In this document: piece after piece, positions 42,283 to 53,934 of the stretch
Numbering within the stretch: the first letter of the stretch is position 1
Layout: every line of letters starts with the position of its first letter
Assembly: GCA_963759225.1 (NCBI GenBank)
Contig: CAVWYL010000022.1
Coordinates: forward strand, 311,642 to 375,641
Length of the DNA: 64,000 bases
Direction of reading: 5' to 3'
From: an uncultured Acidimicrobiales bacterium
GTDB lineage: Bacteria; Actinomycetota; Acidimicrobiia; Acidimicrobiales; VFJN01
Position numbers and translations under genes: made by a program
Notes under the pieces: generated by a model
The model's database searches: none
What the model was told of the DNA's origin: nothing
Seen by the model: the letters and a program-made list of their open reading frames with translations, nothing else

Positions 42283-43604
42283 ATGCGATTGCGGGATGAT
42301 GGCGGTGCCGTTCGTCGTCGTGCATGTTCGTCGCCGCGTGCGGCGACGACGGCGGCGACGGAGAGCGGCGGAGGCGACGACGGGAGGCGCGGTGGCGGTG
42401 AGGACACCGGCACGGTCGATGTGCTGAGCGCGATGGAGCCGGCGGAGGCCGAGCGTCATCCAGGGCATCATCGACGAGCTGATCAACTCCGAGGCCGACT
42501 ACACCGTCGAGATCGAGGCCTCAGCAGACTTCGAGGAGCAGTCCACGATCCGCATCGAGGGCGGCACGCTCGACGTGTGCTGTACCCCCAGCCGGGGGCG
42601 GTGCTCGAGCAGGCCGAGGCCGGGAACGCCGTGTCCCTGGAGGACCTCGGGTTCGACATCGCCGAGCTCGAGGAGACGTTCGGGGAGTACTTCCTCTCCC
42701 TGGCGAGGTACGAGGGTGAGCACTACGGCCTGCCCACGAACATCAACCTCAAGAGCATGATCTGGTACCCGGTGGACGACTTCGAGGCAGCCGGCTACGA
42801 GGTCCCCGAGACCTTCGACGACCTGATCGCCCTCAGCGACCAGATCGTCGAGGACGGCGGCACGCCGTGGTGCGTCGGCTTCGAGAGCGGGGGTGCGACG
42901 GGCTGGCCGGCGACCGACTGGATGGAGGACATCATGCTCGCCACCGCGGGCACCGAGGTCTACGACCAGTGGGTCGAGCCACGAGATCCCGTTCAACGAC
43001 CCCGCCGTCGTGGACGCCGGCGAGCCTTCGGCGAGGTCATGTTCACCGACGGCTACGTGCTCGGTGGGGCCGACCAGACGCCCGGCCATCGCCTTCGGCG
43101 ACGCCCCCGGCCCGATGTTCGAGGACCCGCCGGGGTGCTGGCTGCACCGGCAGGCCAACTTCATCAACGCCTTCTTCCCGGAGGACGCCGAGGCGGGCGT
43201 CGACTACGACTGGTTCCCGTTCCCGCCGATCGACGAGCAGGGCACCCTCTTCGGCGGCGAGTTCACGGCCGTCGTTCCGCAACGCGCCGGAGGTCGAGCG
43301 ACTTCCTCGAGCGCTTCGCGGGCGAGGAGGTCCAGTGCGCCCAGGGTGGCGAGCGGCATCGTCGCGGATCTCGCCCAACGTCAACGTCGGGCCCGGACTG
43401 CTACGTCGACACGGTCCTGGCCGATGCCTCCGGGTCCTGACCGACGCGTTGGCGGAGGGCACGGGGCGCTTCGACGCCTCGGACCTGATGCCGTCGGCGG
43501 TCGGGGCCGGGAGCTTCTGGACCGGGATGGTGGAGTACCTGCAGAGCGGGCCTGACTCGCTCGAGCCGACGCCTGGCCGCCATCGAGGAGAGCTGGCCGT
43601 CTAG
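42283..43604 (+). pseudogene. CUT1 sugar-binding lipoprotein (CebE-like), heavily frame-broken
   Basis: An AAGGAG Shine-Dalgarno precedes the ATG at 42283. Recognisable blocks: [76 protein letters not shown]. They are spread across three frames. Confidence 0.75.
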
Positions 43605-43686
43605 CCGGAGTCACTGCGACTGAAGCCGGGTGGAGCGGGCGCTGCGGCCGTCGACCGACTCGTGCCGAGCAGGAGGAGGAGGCCGC

Positions 43687-44827
43687 GTGACAACGACGGT
43701 CGAAGAGCCGGCAGTCGCCCCGAGCCCCGGCCACCGCCCCGCCGCGTCGGCCGCCGGGCCCGTCGGCTGGCGACCGCGGTGGTCGCTCGCGCCGTCATCG
43801 TCCTGTTCGTGCTGCTCTGGCACGTTCGACTTCCTGCGTGACGCGGACACCAACCGCTTCGCCGTGGTCGCCGTCGCCATCGCCATGGGCGTCGGCGGCG
43901 TCTTCTTCCTGTTCTTCGCGATGGACCGTGTCGTCGACTGCCTGCCTGCGGTCGTCCGCGAGCGGCGTGCGGCCGTACGTGTTCGTCGGGCCGGCGCTGG
44001 TGATCGTCGCCGTCTTCCTCGTCTACCCGGTGATCAACACGATCATCATCAGCTTCCGGGACGCCCGGTCCGAGGGCTTCGTCGGCCTCGACAACTACCG
44101 GTTCCTGTTCACCGACGAGAGCATGCTGCGCTCGATCCGCAACACGCTGGGCTGGATCGTGCTGGTTCCCCTGGTCGGCCGTGAGCGTCGGGCTGGTCTT
44201 CGCCACGCTCGCCGATCGCCTGCGCCGCGGCGAGCCGGTGGCGAAGTCGATGATCTTCCTGCCGATGGCGATCTCGCTCGTCGGCGCCGCCGTCGTCTGG
44301 CGGTTCATCTACAGCTTCCGGCCCGAGGGGTTCGGCACCAACATCGGCCTGCTCAACGGGATCAAGGGGGCTCGGCCAGAACCCGGTGCCGTGGCTGCAG
44401 GAGCAGCCGTGGAACAACCTCCTGCTCATCGTGATCATGGTCTGGATCCAGACCGGGTTCGCCATGGTGGTGCTGTCGGCGGCCATCAAGTCGATCCCCG
44501 ACGAGATCATCGAGGCGGCCCGCATCGACGGGGCCTCCGAGTTCCAGGTGTTCTGGCGCATCATCGTCCCGAGCATCGCTCCCGACGATCGTCGTGGTGA
44601 CCACCTACATGGTCATCAACGCCCTGAAGGTGTTCGACATCGTCTTCGTGATGGGCAACGCCGAGACCAACGGGACCGAGGTCATCGCCGAGCGCATGGT
44701 GAGGTGGTTCTTCATCCTCAACCACGACGGGCGGGGTGCGGCCATCGCCGTGGTGCTGTTCCTGGCCGTGATCCCGGTGATGGTCTGGAACGTCCGCCGG
44801 TTCCGCGAGCAGGAGGCGATCCGATGA
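43687..44827 (+). pseudogene. Sugar ABC permease 1 (CebF/MalF-like), frame-broken
   Basis: Pieces: YVFVGPALVIVAVFLVYPVINTIIISF; MIFLPMAISLVGAAVVWRFIY; WNNLLLIVIMVWIQTGFAMVVLSAAIKSIPDEIIEAARIDGASEFQVFWRIIVP; ALKVFDIVFVMG... They lie in different frames. Confidence 0.75.
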
Positions 44828-45775
44828 CCCTCACGGCACCCCTGCCCAGTGACGTCGAGACGGAGGCACCGCCGGCCGCGCCGATGCGTCCGGCGACGTG
44901 CGCAAGGGCGGCTGGTTCGCCCGCATCACCATCATCGTCATCGTCGCTGGTCTGGCGCGTGCCGACCGTCGGGCGTGCTCGTCAGCTCGTTCCGCCCGGA
45001 GGCAGGAGGTCGACACGACGGGCTGGTGGACCGTGTTCGCCCACCCTTCGACTCGGGCCAGTGGACGTTCGAGAACTACCGCGACGCCCTCGACCGGGGG
45101 TTCGGGAACGCGTTCCTCAACAGCCTGGCCGTGACCATCCCGTCGACGGTGATGCCGATCACCATCGCCGCGTTCGCCGCCTACGCCTTCTCGTGGATGG
45201 ACTTCCGGGGCCGCTACGTGATGTTCGTGGCGGTCGTGGGCCTGATGGTGGTCCCGCTCCAGATGGCGCTGATCCCGATCCTGCGGCTCTACACCGGCGG
45301 TGCCGAGATCGCCGGGGTCCCGGTCTTCCCCGACCTCGACCTCGGCGGCACCTTCGTCGGCGGTGTGGCTGGCCCACACCGCGTTCGGCCTGCCGCTGGC
45401 GGTCTACCTCTTGCGCAACTTCATCGGCTCGCTGCCGTCGTCGATCATCGAGTCGGCCAAGATCGACGGCGCCGACCACTTCACGATCTTCTGGCGGCTG
45501 GTGGTGCCGCTGTCGGTGCCCGCACTGGCGGCGTTCGCCATCTTCCAGTTCCTGTGGGTGTGGAACGACCTGCTGGTCGCCTGCGTCTTCCTCGGCGGCA
45601 CCGAGGACAACCGGGTGCTCACCTCGCGCTCCAGACGCTCGTCGGCGCCCGCGGCGAGAACTGGCACCTGCTCACGGCCGCTGCCTTCATCTCCATGATC
45701 CTGCCGCTCGCCGTGTTCTTCGCTCTCCAGCGGTACTTCGTCCGGGGCCTCACCGCCGGGGCGGTCAAGGGGTGA
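44824..45775 (+). pseudogene. Sugar ABC permease 2 (CebG/MalG-like), frame-broken
   Basis: ATGA overlap with permease 1. Pieces: WTFENYRDALDRGFGNAFLNSLAVTIPSTVMPITIAAFAAYAFSWMDFRG; FGLPLAVYLLRNFIGSLPSSIIESAKIDGADHFTIFWRLVVPLS; ends ALQRYFVRGLTAGAVKG. Confidence 0.75.
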
Positions 45776-45863
45776 CGAGCGTACGGGCGCCCGACGCCGC
45801 CGGGCAGCGCCCCCGGCGGGACTCTCGCCCCTGTCGCCGCAGCGCAAGTGGCGGGCGATCCTG

Positions 45864-46349
45864 GTGGCGACGCTCGTGCTCGTGCCGGCGTTCTGGTCGA
45901 TGCTCGCGGGGCTGGTCGCCGCCGCGTCCGACGACCCCGACGCACCCAACCCGGCCGCCGCGCTGGCGTTCGGGTTGGCACTGATCCCGTTCGTGTTCAT
46001 CGTCCTCGCGTTCATGTCCGAGCACCCCGCGGCGGCGGGGGCGGTGGTGCGGGCCATGGGGCTCGCGCTCCTGGTCGGCATACCGGTATCCGCGCTCGCC
46101 GGCGACGCGGTGACGGGCATCGTCGCCGGTGTCGGGGCCGGGGGGGTGGTCGCGCTTCGCAGGGACTCCGACGAGACGGTGCGGGCACGCGTCCTCGCCG
46201 TCCTTTTCGCCGCCGTGTACACGTTCGTGCTCGTGAGGGTGGCCGGTGGGCTCGTCCTGCTACCGGCGCCGATCTTCCCGTTCACCGCGATCGGCATCGC
46301 CGATCATCTGTCCGAGCGCAATCGAGAGAGGGAGCGCTCGCCGAGCTGA
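45864..46349 (+). CDS. Small polytopic membrane protein of unknown function
   Basis: 161-aa ORF with four hydrophobic helices and good GC3. The start may lie a few codons upstream (in-frame RKWRAIL). Confidence 0.5.
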   Translation: MATLVLVPAFWSMLAGLVAAASDDPDAPNPAAALAFGLALIPFVFIVLAFMSEHPAAAGAVVRAMGLALLVGIPVSALAGDAVTGIVAGVGAGGVVALRRDSDETVRARVLAVLFAAVYTFVLVRVAGGLVLLPAPIFPFTAIGIADHLSERNRERERSPS

Positions 46350-46429
46350 GCTCGGACGCGCTCCGGGACCCCGGAGACCGGCGAGCGCCTGGCCGCCAGC
46401 GGCCGACGTCAGAAGCGGCGCCGGCCGCG

Positions 46430-47433
46430 TCAGGCCGAGCGCCGGACGACCAGCTCGGTCCGCAGCACCACGCCCACGGGGTCCGCCCCGTCGAGCTGGG
46501 CGAGCAGCCCCGCGGCCATCTCGCGGCCCAGCCGCTCGATCGGCTGGCGGACGGTGGTGAGCGGCGGGTCCGCCGACCGGGCCAGCTCGCTGTCGTCGAA
46601 GCCCACCACGGCCACGTGCCCGGGGACCAGGCGACCGGCGTCCCGCAGCGCGTCGAGGGCGCCGAGGGCCATGAGGTCGGACGCCACGAACAGCCCGTCG
46701 AGGTCGGGTCGCCGGGCCAGCAGCAGCCCGGGTGGCGCGGGCGCCGCCCTCCCGGGTGAAGTCCGCCTCCGCCACCAGGTCGTCCCCGGCCGGGCGGCCC
46801 GCGTCCTCCAGCGCCTGCCGCCACCCCGAGCGGCGGTCGACGCCGGGGGCCATGTCCGGCGGTCCCGCCACCGTGCCGACCACCCACCGGCCGCCGGCCA
46901 GCAGGTGCTCGACGGCGGCCCGGGCGCCGCCCTCGTTGTCGGCGTCCACGAAGCCGACCGCGGCGCCCGGCCGGCTGGTGCCCGGCCACCACGGTGGGGA
47001 TGCCGGCGTCCGCCAGCCGCCGGGCCAGCGGGTCGCCGGCCCGCGACGACAGCAGCAGCACGCCGTCGGTCCCGCCCCGCAGGAGGTGGTCCCCGACCCG
47101 GGCCCGGTCGGCGTCGTCCTGGATCATCATCAGCACGAGCTGGTAGGGCGTGGCGGCCAGCTCACCGGTGACGCCGAGCGTGGTCCCGGCGAAGAACGGG
47201 TCGGCGAACAGCCGCACGCTGGGCTCGGACACGACGAGGGCGATGGTCTCGCTGCGGCGGCCGGCGAGCGACCGGGCCGCCCGGTTGGGGGCGTAGCCCA
47301 TCTCCGCCACCGCGGCCTCGACGGCCCGGCGGGCGGCGTCCGACACCCGGGGGCTGCCGTTGACCACCCGGGAGACGGTGGCCCGGGACACGCCGGCCCG
47401 GGCGGCGACGTCCTCCAGCGTGTAGGCGGTCAC
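46430..47433 (-). CDS. LacI-family transcriptional regulator; about three frame breaks
   Basis: The [30 protein letters not shown] is in ORF 46282..47433. The middle is in ORF 46260..46949 ([20 protein letters not shown]). The end is in ORF 46430..46687 ([23 protein letters not shown]). Confidence 0.8.
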
Positions 47434-47457
47434 TGTCCTGGACCTCGCTCCGCTCGG

Positions 47458-48911
<1,454 letters not shown>

Positions 48912-48931
48912 CTAGTCGCTCGGACGGCCGG

Positions 48932-51025
48932 TCAGGGCTCCTCGAGCCGGTCGTCCTCGTCGTCGTGGGCGAGCAGGGGATCGGCGCCCCGGGCCACCTC
49001 GAGCGCATCGCCGAAGCCGTCGGCGTCGCTGTCCTCGTGCAGCGGGTTGGTGCCGAGGCTCGCCTCCCAGGCGTCGGACAGGCCGTCGCCGTCGGAGTCG
49101 AGCACGGCGGTCGCCGCCTGCCCCGCCATCGTCGGCATGACGATGCCGGTGGGGGCGGCCGTGGCGTCGCCGAGGGCCGCCAGCTCGTAGGCGTCGGTCA
49201 GGCCGTCGCCGTCGGAGTCGGCGCTGGAGGCGTTGACGCCGGCCTGCACCTCGAAGGCGTCGGACAGCCCGTCGGTGTCGCTGTCGACGCTGAGGGCGTC
49301 GGTCTGGCGGGCCAGCTCCAGCCCGTCGGTGAGCCCGTCGGTGTCGGTGTCGGCCAGCAGCGGGTTGGTGCCCCGCTCCATCTCGTAGGGGTCGGACACG
49401 CCGTCGGTGTCGGAGTCCGGCCCGGCGGTCGGCGACACCGCGGGCACCAGCGCCGGGTCGGGCGCGCCCACGTCGCCGAGCGTCGGGGTGCCGAGCCCGG
49501 GGATGACCGCCGCGTACTGGAAGCGCTCGCCGGTCTCCCACGTGCCGACCCCGTAGCGGGTGCCGCGGGCCTCGATGGTGGTGCCGTCGCCCAGGCTGAT
49601 GGCGACGTGCGCCGACCCCGGGCGCCCGCCGCTCGCGGTCGGCTCCCGGTCGAAGCTGAACAGCAGGGCGCCCGGCGTCTGGGCCGCCTGCTCGACCGGG
49701 ATGACCGCGCCCTGCTCCTTGAGCTCGAGGTACTGCAGCCACGAGCCGTCGGGCATCTCGACGCCGACCTGGGCCGCGGACCACTGGACCAGCTCGGAGC
49801 AGTCGAACACCCCGGGGTCGGCGTCGTCGGGTGCCGCCTCCGACCCGAACACGTAGCTGTCGCCCGTCTGGGCCAGGGCGTGGTCGAGGAACGTGCGGGT
49901 CAGCCCGGCGTCCTCGCCCCCGGGCGCGGGGCCGCCACCGGGTCGGCGCCGTCGCCGGCGGGCGCCACCGCCGGGGCCACCGTCGTCACGCCGGCGATGC
50001 CGGCGATGCCGGGCGGGGTGACCAGCGTGCTGAGCGGGTTCGGCGGCCCGAGCACCGAGCGCGGCGTCGGGGTCGATGTCGACGTCGTCGACCACGCCGT
50101 CGCTGTCGGTGTCGACCGTGGTGGGGTCGATGCCGGAGCTCTGCTCCAGCGCGTCGCGCAGGCCGTCGCCGTCGCTGTCGGCCAGCGTGGCGTCGGTGCC
50201 GAGCGCGGCCTCGAACGAGTCGCTCAGCCCGTCGCTGTCGGTGTCGGTGGCGTCGACCGCGACGGGCCGGCCGTCGGGCCCGAGCGGGACCCCGGCGGCG
50301 GGGTCCCGGCCCGCGGCGACCTCCGCGGCGTCGCGCATGCCGTCGGCGTCGGTGTCGGCGCTGGTGGCGGAGCTGCCGAGCGTGTGCTCGTAGGCGTCGG
50401 ACAGCCCGTCGGCGTCGGTGTCGAGGGCGAGCGCGTTGCTGCCGTGGTCGAGCTCGAAGCCGTCGGTCAGCCCGTCGAGATCGGAGTCGGCGAGCTGGGG
50501 GTTCGTGCCCTTCGACATCTCGAACGCGTCGCTGGCGCCGTCCCGGTCGGCGTCGGGCTCGGCCGGCGGCGCCGCGCCGGCGGGCGGGGGCGATGCCGAG
50601 CCCGGCTCGTCGCCCCCCATGGGGTTCGGGTCGCGGTAGCCGGACACGCCCGAGAAGTCGCCCTGGTACTGCCCACCCGCGGCGGCCCGGGCCTCGTCCA
50701 TGTACTGGCGGTAGTCGTGGCTGGTGCCGGCGTTCCCGGCGTGGGTGACGGTCCACGGGCGCATGTCGGTGCCCTGGCGGGAGACCTCGTAGGCGGCCCG
50801 GGCGGCGTTGGCGGGATCGGTCAGGTCGCCCCACGGGTTGCCCCGCACGTCGGGCGCGATGTTGATCTGCCACAGTCCCCAGGAGTCCTCGCCACTGGGG
50901 TTGTGGGCGTCCGTGTTGCCCCCGGATTCGGCCATCGCGATGGCGGTCCAGGTGACCGCCTGGTCCGGCGTGAAGCCGGCGGCGAGGCAGACGTTGTAGA
51001 TCTCGTTCGCTGTCAACGTGGGCAC
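48932..51025 (-). CDS. Signal-less bifunctional peptidoglycan hydrolase: lysozyme-like/transglycosylase domain + TSP3-type Ca-binding repeats + NlpC/P60 + more TSP3 repeats
   Basis: Track ORF 48932..51145, with probable start at GTG 51025 (AAAGGGGG Shine-Dalgarno; upstream codons have poor GC3). The lysozyme-like motif is AIAMAESGGNTDAHNPSGEDSWGLWQINI. Many DxDxDGxxD repeats are present. The NlpC/P60 core is FDCSELVQWSAAQ...GHVAISLGDGTTIEARG. A compensated double frame shift lies at about 49925-50045. Confidence 0.8.
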   Translation of the reverse strand: MPTLTANEIYNVCLAAGFTPDQAVTWTAIAMAESGGNTDAHNPSGEDSWGLWQINIAPDVRGNPWGDLTDPANAARAAYEVSRQGTDMRPWTVTHAGNAGTSHDYRQYMDEARAAAGGQYQGDFSGVSGYRDPNPMGGDEPGSASPPPAGAAPPAEPDADRDGASDAFEMSKGTNPQLADSDLDGLTDGFELDHGSNALALDTDADGLSDAYEHTLGSSATSADTDADGMRDAAEVAAGRDPAAGVPLGPDGRPVAVDATDTDSDGLSDSFEAALGTDATLADSDGDGLRDALEQSSGIDPTTVDTDSDGVVDDVDIDPDAALGARAAEPAQHAGHPARHRRHRRRDDGGPGGGARRRRRRPGGGPAPGGEDAGLTRTFLDHALAQTGDSYVFGSEAAPDDADPGVFDCSELVQWSAAQVGVEMPDGSWLQYLELKEQGAVIPVEQAAQTPGALLFSFDREPTASGGRPGSAHVAISLGDGTTIEARGTRYGVGTWETGERFQYAAVIPGLGTPTLGDVGAPDPALVPAVSPTAGPDSDTDGVSDPYEMERGTNPLLADTDTDGLTDGLELARQTDALSVDSDTDGLSDAFEVQAGVNASSADSDGDGLTDAYELAALGDATAAPTGIVMPTMAGQAATAVLDSDGDGLSDAWEASLGTNPLHEDSDADGFGDALEVARGADPLLAHDDEDDRLEEP

Positions 51026-51169
51026 GGGGCCGCCCCCTTTGTCGGGGCTCCAAGGTACTCCCCGTGCCGGTAGGGGGGACGGCGCGTCACTGTAGGGTGG
51101 TGCGAGGGGGAAGGAGGCGGTCGGCACAGACGTGTGCTGCGACAACCAGGGTCAAGAGGAAGCAGCCGC

Positions 51170-51745
51170 ATGATCGTCTGCGGCAAGTGCGGTCACGAGA
51201 ACGAGACGGGCCGGCAATTCTGCGAGGAGTGCGATGCGTTCCTCGAGTGGCACGGCGTCGAGGGTCCGCCCGCGGGTCGCGCCAGGACCCCGAGCCAAGC
51301 GGTTCCGCACCCGACCCGGAGCCCGCCACCCCCGGCCGGACCGACCCCGCGGCCCCACCTCCGACCCCCCACACCGACCGGCGCCCGGCCCCGACCCCCA
51401 GCGAGCCCGCCCGCACCCCACCGCCCCCGTCCGCGAGGGACCCGCACCGCCAGCGCCCATGCGCCCGACCCGGCCCGCCGGGGCCCGCCTCGCACCGCCT
51501 GCGCCCGCGCCAGGCCCGCGCCGGCGCCCGTGCGCCACCCGACCGGCCCGCAGCCGCACCGCCTGCGCCACCCGGCCCGGCCCGGCAGGCCAGCCCGCCC
51601 GCGCCGATCGCCGCAGCCACCCGCGCCACGGCCCGGCAGCGGCCCGCCGCCTGCGCCAGCCCGAGCCCGCAGCGCCCGCGCAGGCGGCCCGCAGGCCCGC
51701 GCGCTGCGCCACCCGACCGCGGCCCGCATCGCCCGCGCCACCTGA
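51170..51745 (+). CDS. Zinc-ribbon protein with long proline-rich tail (occupies the iniB position); 3' boundary and frame uncertain
   Basis: An ATG with AGAGGA upstream opens MIVCGKCGHENETGRQFCEECDAFLEWHG (CxxC...CxxC). Downstream CCG-rich DNA is open in all three frames, so the true tail frame cannot be fixed by eye. Confidence 0.5.
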   Translation: MIVCGKCGHENETGRQFCEECDAFLEWHGVEGPPAGRARTPSQAVPHPTRSPPPPAGPTPRPHLRPPTPTGARPRPPASPPAPHRPRPRGTRTASAHAPDPARRGPPRTACARARPAPAPVRHPTGPQPHRLRHPARPGRPARPRRSPQPPAPRPGSGPPPAPARARSARAGGPQARALRHPTAARIARAT

Positions 51746-51915
51746 CGCGGCCCGCGGCCTGCGTCGCCTGCCCGCCCCACCGTCGGCCCGCCCGGCCGCG
51801 CCCGCCCCGCCGGCGCCCGCGCCACCCGATCCGGCCCGCCCCGAGCCCGGGCGCCTGTTCCGCCTGGGCCGGTCCGTGCGCCGGCCTCGCCGGCGGCCGG
51901 GGCCGGCGCCGCCGC

Positions 51916-53934
51916 GTGGGCTGGCCCGCGGGTGCCCGAGCCGGTTCGCCACGCGCCGGCCGCCAGCCCGCGGTCGGCTCGGCCGGCCGCGCCGCACTCG
52001 CCCTCGCCGCGGGTGCGGCCGGGGACCGGCCGGTCGGCTCCCGCCGAGCCCGCACGGCGCCCGCCGCGGCGCCCGAGGCGCCGCGGGCGCGGACGCCATC
52101 GCCTCCCGCGCTCGAACGGGTCCTGGCCAAGGCCCGTGAGCAGGGGCGTGACGACCTCGTCGAGCGGCTCGAGGAGCTCCGCCGCAGCCTCGGGGAGCAG
52201 GAGCTCACCGTCGTCGTCGCCGGCGAGTACAAGCAGGGCAAGTCGACCCTCGTCAACGCCGTCGTCCAGACCGAGGTCTGCCCCGTCGACGACGACGTCG
52301 TGACCTCCGTGCCCACCATCGTCCACTACGGGCCCCGGGCCGAGGCGCTGGTGCACGTCACGCCCGAGGACGGCGGCCCGCCCGAGCGTGCCGGAGGCAA
52401 CGGGGGCGGGCTCGGGCTGACGGCCGAGGGCGCGCCCATCTCGTTCGAGGACCTCCGCCGCTACGTCCGCGGCGATCCGGTCAACGGGGCCGTCCCTCCC
52501 GGGACGGTCCGGGCCGTCGAGGTGCGTCTCGACCGGCAGATGCTGCGCCGCACGGGCCTCTGCTTCGTCGACAGCCCCGGGGTCGGGGGGCTGGAGTCGG
52601 CCGAGGGCAGCGTCGTGCTCGGCGTGCTCAACCTGGCCGAGGCCATGATCTTCGTGACCGACGCCTCCCAGGAGCTGACCCGGGCCGAGATCAGCTTCCT
52701 GCAGGCGGCCGAGGCGCGCTGCCCGAAGATCGTCTGCGTCCTCACCAAGACCGACCTCCATGCCGAGTGGCGCCGCATCGCGGACCTCGACCGCGGCCAC
52801 CTGGCGACGGCCGGGCTCGACATCCCGCTGGTGCCCGTGTCCTCCTTCCTCCGGATGCGCGCGGCCGCCCGGGTGGACGAGGCCATGAACGACGAGTCCG
52901 GCTACCCGGCGCTCGTCCAGTGGCTCCGCACCCGGGTCGTGGCCGAGGGCGGCGCCGCGCAGGCCGCCCGCGTGGACGAGGAGGTCGCGTTCGTCGCCGG
53001 CGAGCTGGCCAAGGTCGTGCAGGCCAGCGCCGAGGTCGTCGCCCGGCCGGAGCAGGCCGAGGCCGTCGTGGCCCGCCTCGCCGACGAGGCCCGCGTGACC
53101 CGGGCCCTGCAGAGCGGGGGCGCACCCTGGCAGCAGGTCCTGTCCGACGGCATCCAGGACCTGGTGGCCGACGTCGACCACGACCTGCGCATCCGGCTCC
53201 AGGGCGTGGTCCGCTCGGGCGAGGACATCATCTCCCGCAGCGACCCGGCCGAGTCGTGGTCCGAGTTCGAGACGTGGCTGCGCCGCCAGGTCGTGACCGC
53301 GGCCGTCGCCACCTACGACTACCTGGCCGATCGGGCCGCCGAGCTGACCGACCGGGTCGGCCAGCAGTTCCAGCGCGACGCCGACAGCCCCATCGCCTTC
53401 TCGATCAGCGCCCCCGTCGCCGCGCTGGAGAGCATCCACCTCGGCGGCGAGTTCGCCCGGAAGGGGGCACGCACGTCGGCGGTGCTGTCCGCGGCCCGGG
53501 GGTCCTACGGCGGCATGCTCATGTTCGGCATGGCCGGCAGCCTGCTCAGCATCCCCGTGGCGGCGCCGGTCCTGCTCGTCCTCAGCCTCGGGCTGGGACG
53601 CCGGGCGCTCCGGGAGGAGAAGACCCGGCGCCACCAGCAGCACCAGGCCGAGGCCCGCGCCGCCCTGCACCGCTACGCCCAGGAGGTCAGCCTGGTCGTG
53701 AGCAAGGAGTGCAAGGACGCCCTGCGCCACACCCAGCGCCTGCTGCGCGACCAGTTCACCGCCCGGGCCCAGCTGCTGCACGAGACCACGACCACCGCGC
53801 TGGCCAGCGCCCAGGCCGCCCGGGCCCTCGACCCCGGCGAGCGGGCCTCGCACCAGCGCGAGGCCGCCCGCGAGATCGGCGAGCTGGGCCGCCTCGGCAG
53901 CCAGCCCCCGGCGGCTCCGGACGGGACGCGGTGA
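51916..53934 (+). CDS. iniA: Dynamin-like GTPase, IniA type (membrane paddle present); start uncertain
   Basis: In the frame of ORF 51064..53934. P-loop AGEYKQGKSTLVNAV, then VDSPGVGG and LTKTDL. The hydrophobic paddle is GSYGGMLMFGMAGSLLSIPVAAPVLLVLSLGLG. The gene is colinear with my memory of M. tuberculosis IniA. GTG 51916 gives a protein close in length to the Mtb IniA as I recall it, but the ORF could extend upstream and be fused to the zinc-ribbon module. Confidence 0.8.
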   Translation: MGWPAGARAGSPRAGRQPAVGSAGRAALALAAGAAGDRPVGSRRARTAPAAAPEAPRARTPSPPALERVLAKAREQGRDDLVERLEELRRSLGEQELTVVVAGEYKQGKSTLVNAVVQTEVCPVDDDVVTSVPTIVHYGPRAEALVHVTPEDGGPPERAGGNGGGLGLTAEGAPISFEDLRRYVRGDPVNGAVPPGTVRAVEVRLDRQMLRRTGLCFVDSPGVGGLESAEGSVVLGVLNLAEAMIFVTDASQELTRAEISFLQAAEARCPKIVCVLTKTDLHAEWRRIADLDRGHLATAGLDIPLVPVSSFLRMRAAARVDEAMNDESGYPALVQWLRTRVVAEGGAAQAARVDEEVAFVAGELAKVVQASAEVVARPEQAEAVVARLADEARVTRALQSGGAPWQQVLSDGIQDLVADVDHDLRIRLQGVVRSGEDIISRSDPAESWSEFETWLRRQVVTAAVATYDYLADRAAELTDRVGQQFQRDADSPIAFSISAPVAALESIHLGGEFARKGARTSAVLSAARGSYGGMLMFGMAGSLLSIPVAAPVLLVLSLGLGRRALREEKTRRHQQHQAEARAALHRYAQEVSLVVSKECKDALRHTQRLLRDQFTARAQLLHETTTTALASAQAARALDPGERASHQREAAREIGELGRLGSQPPAAPDGTR

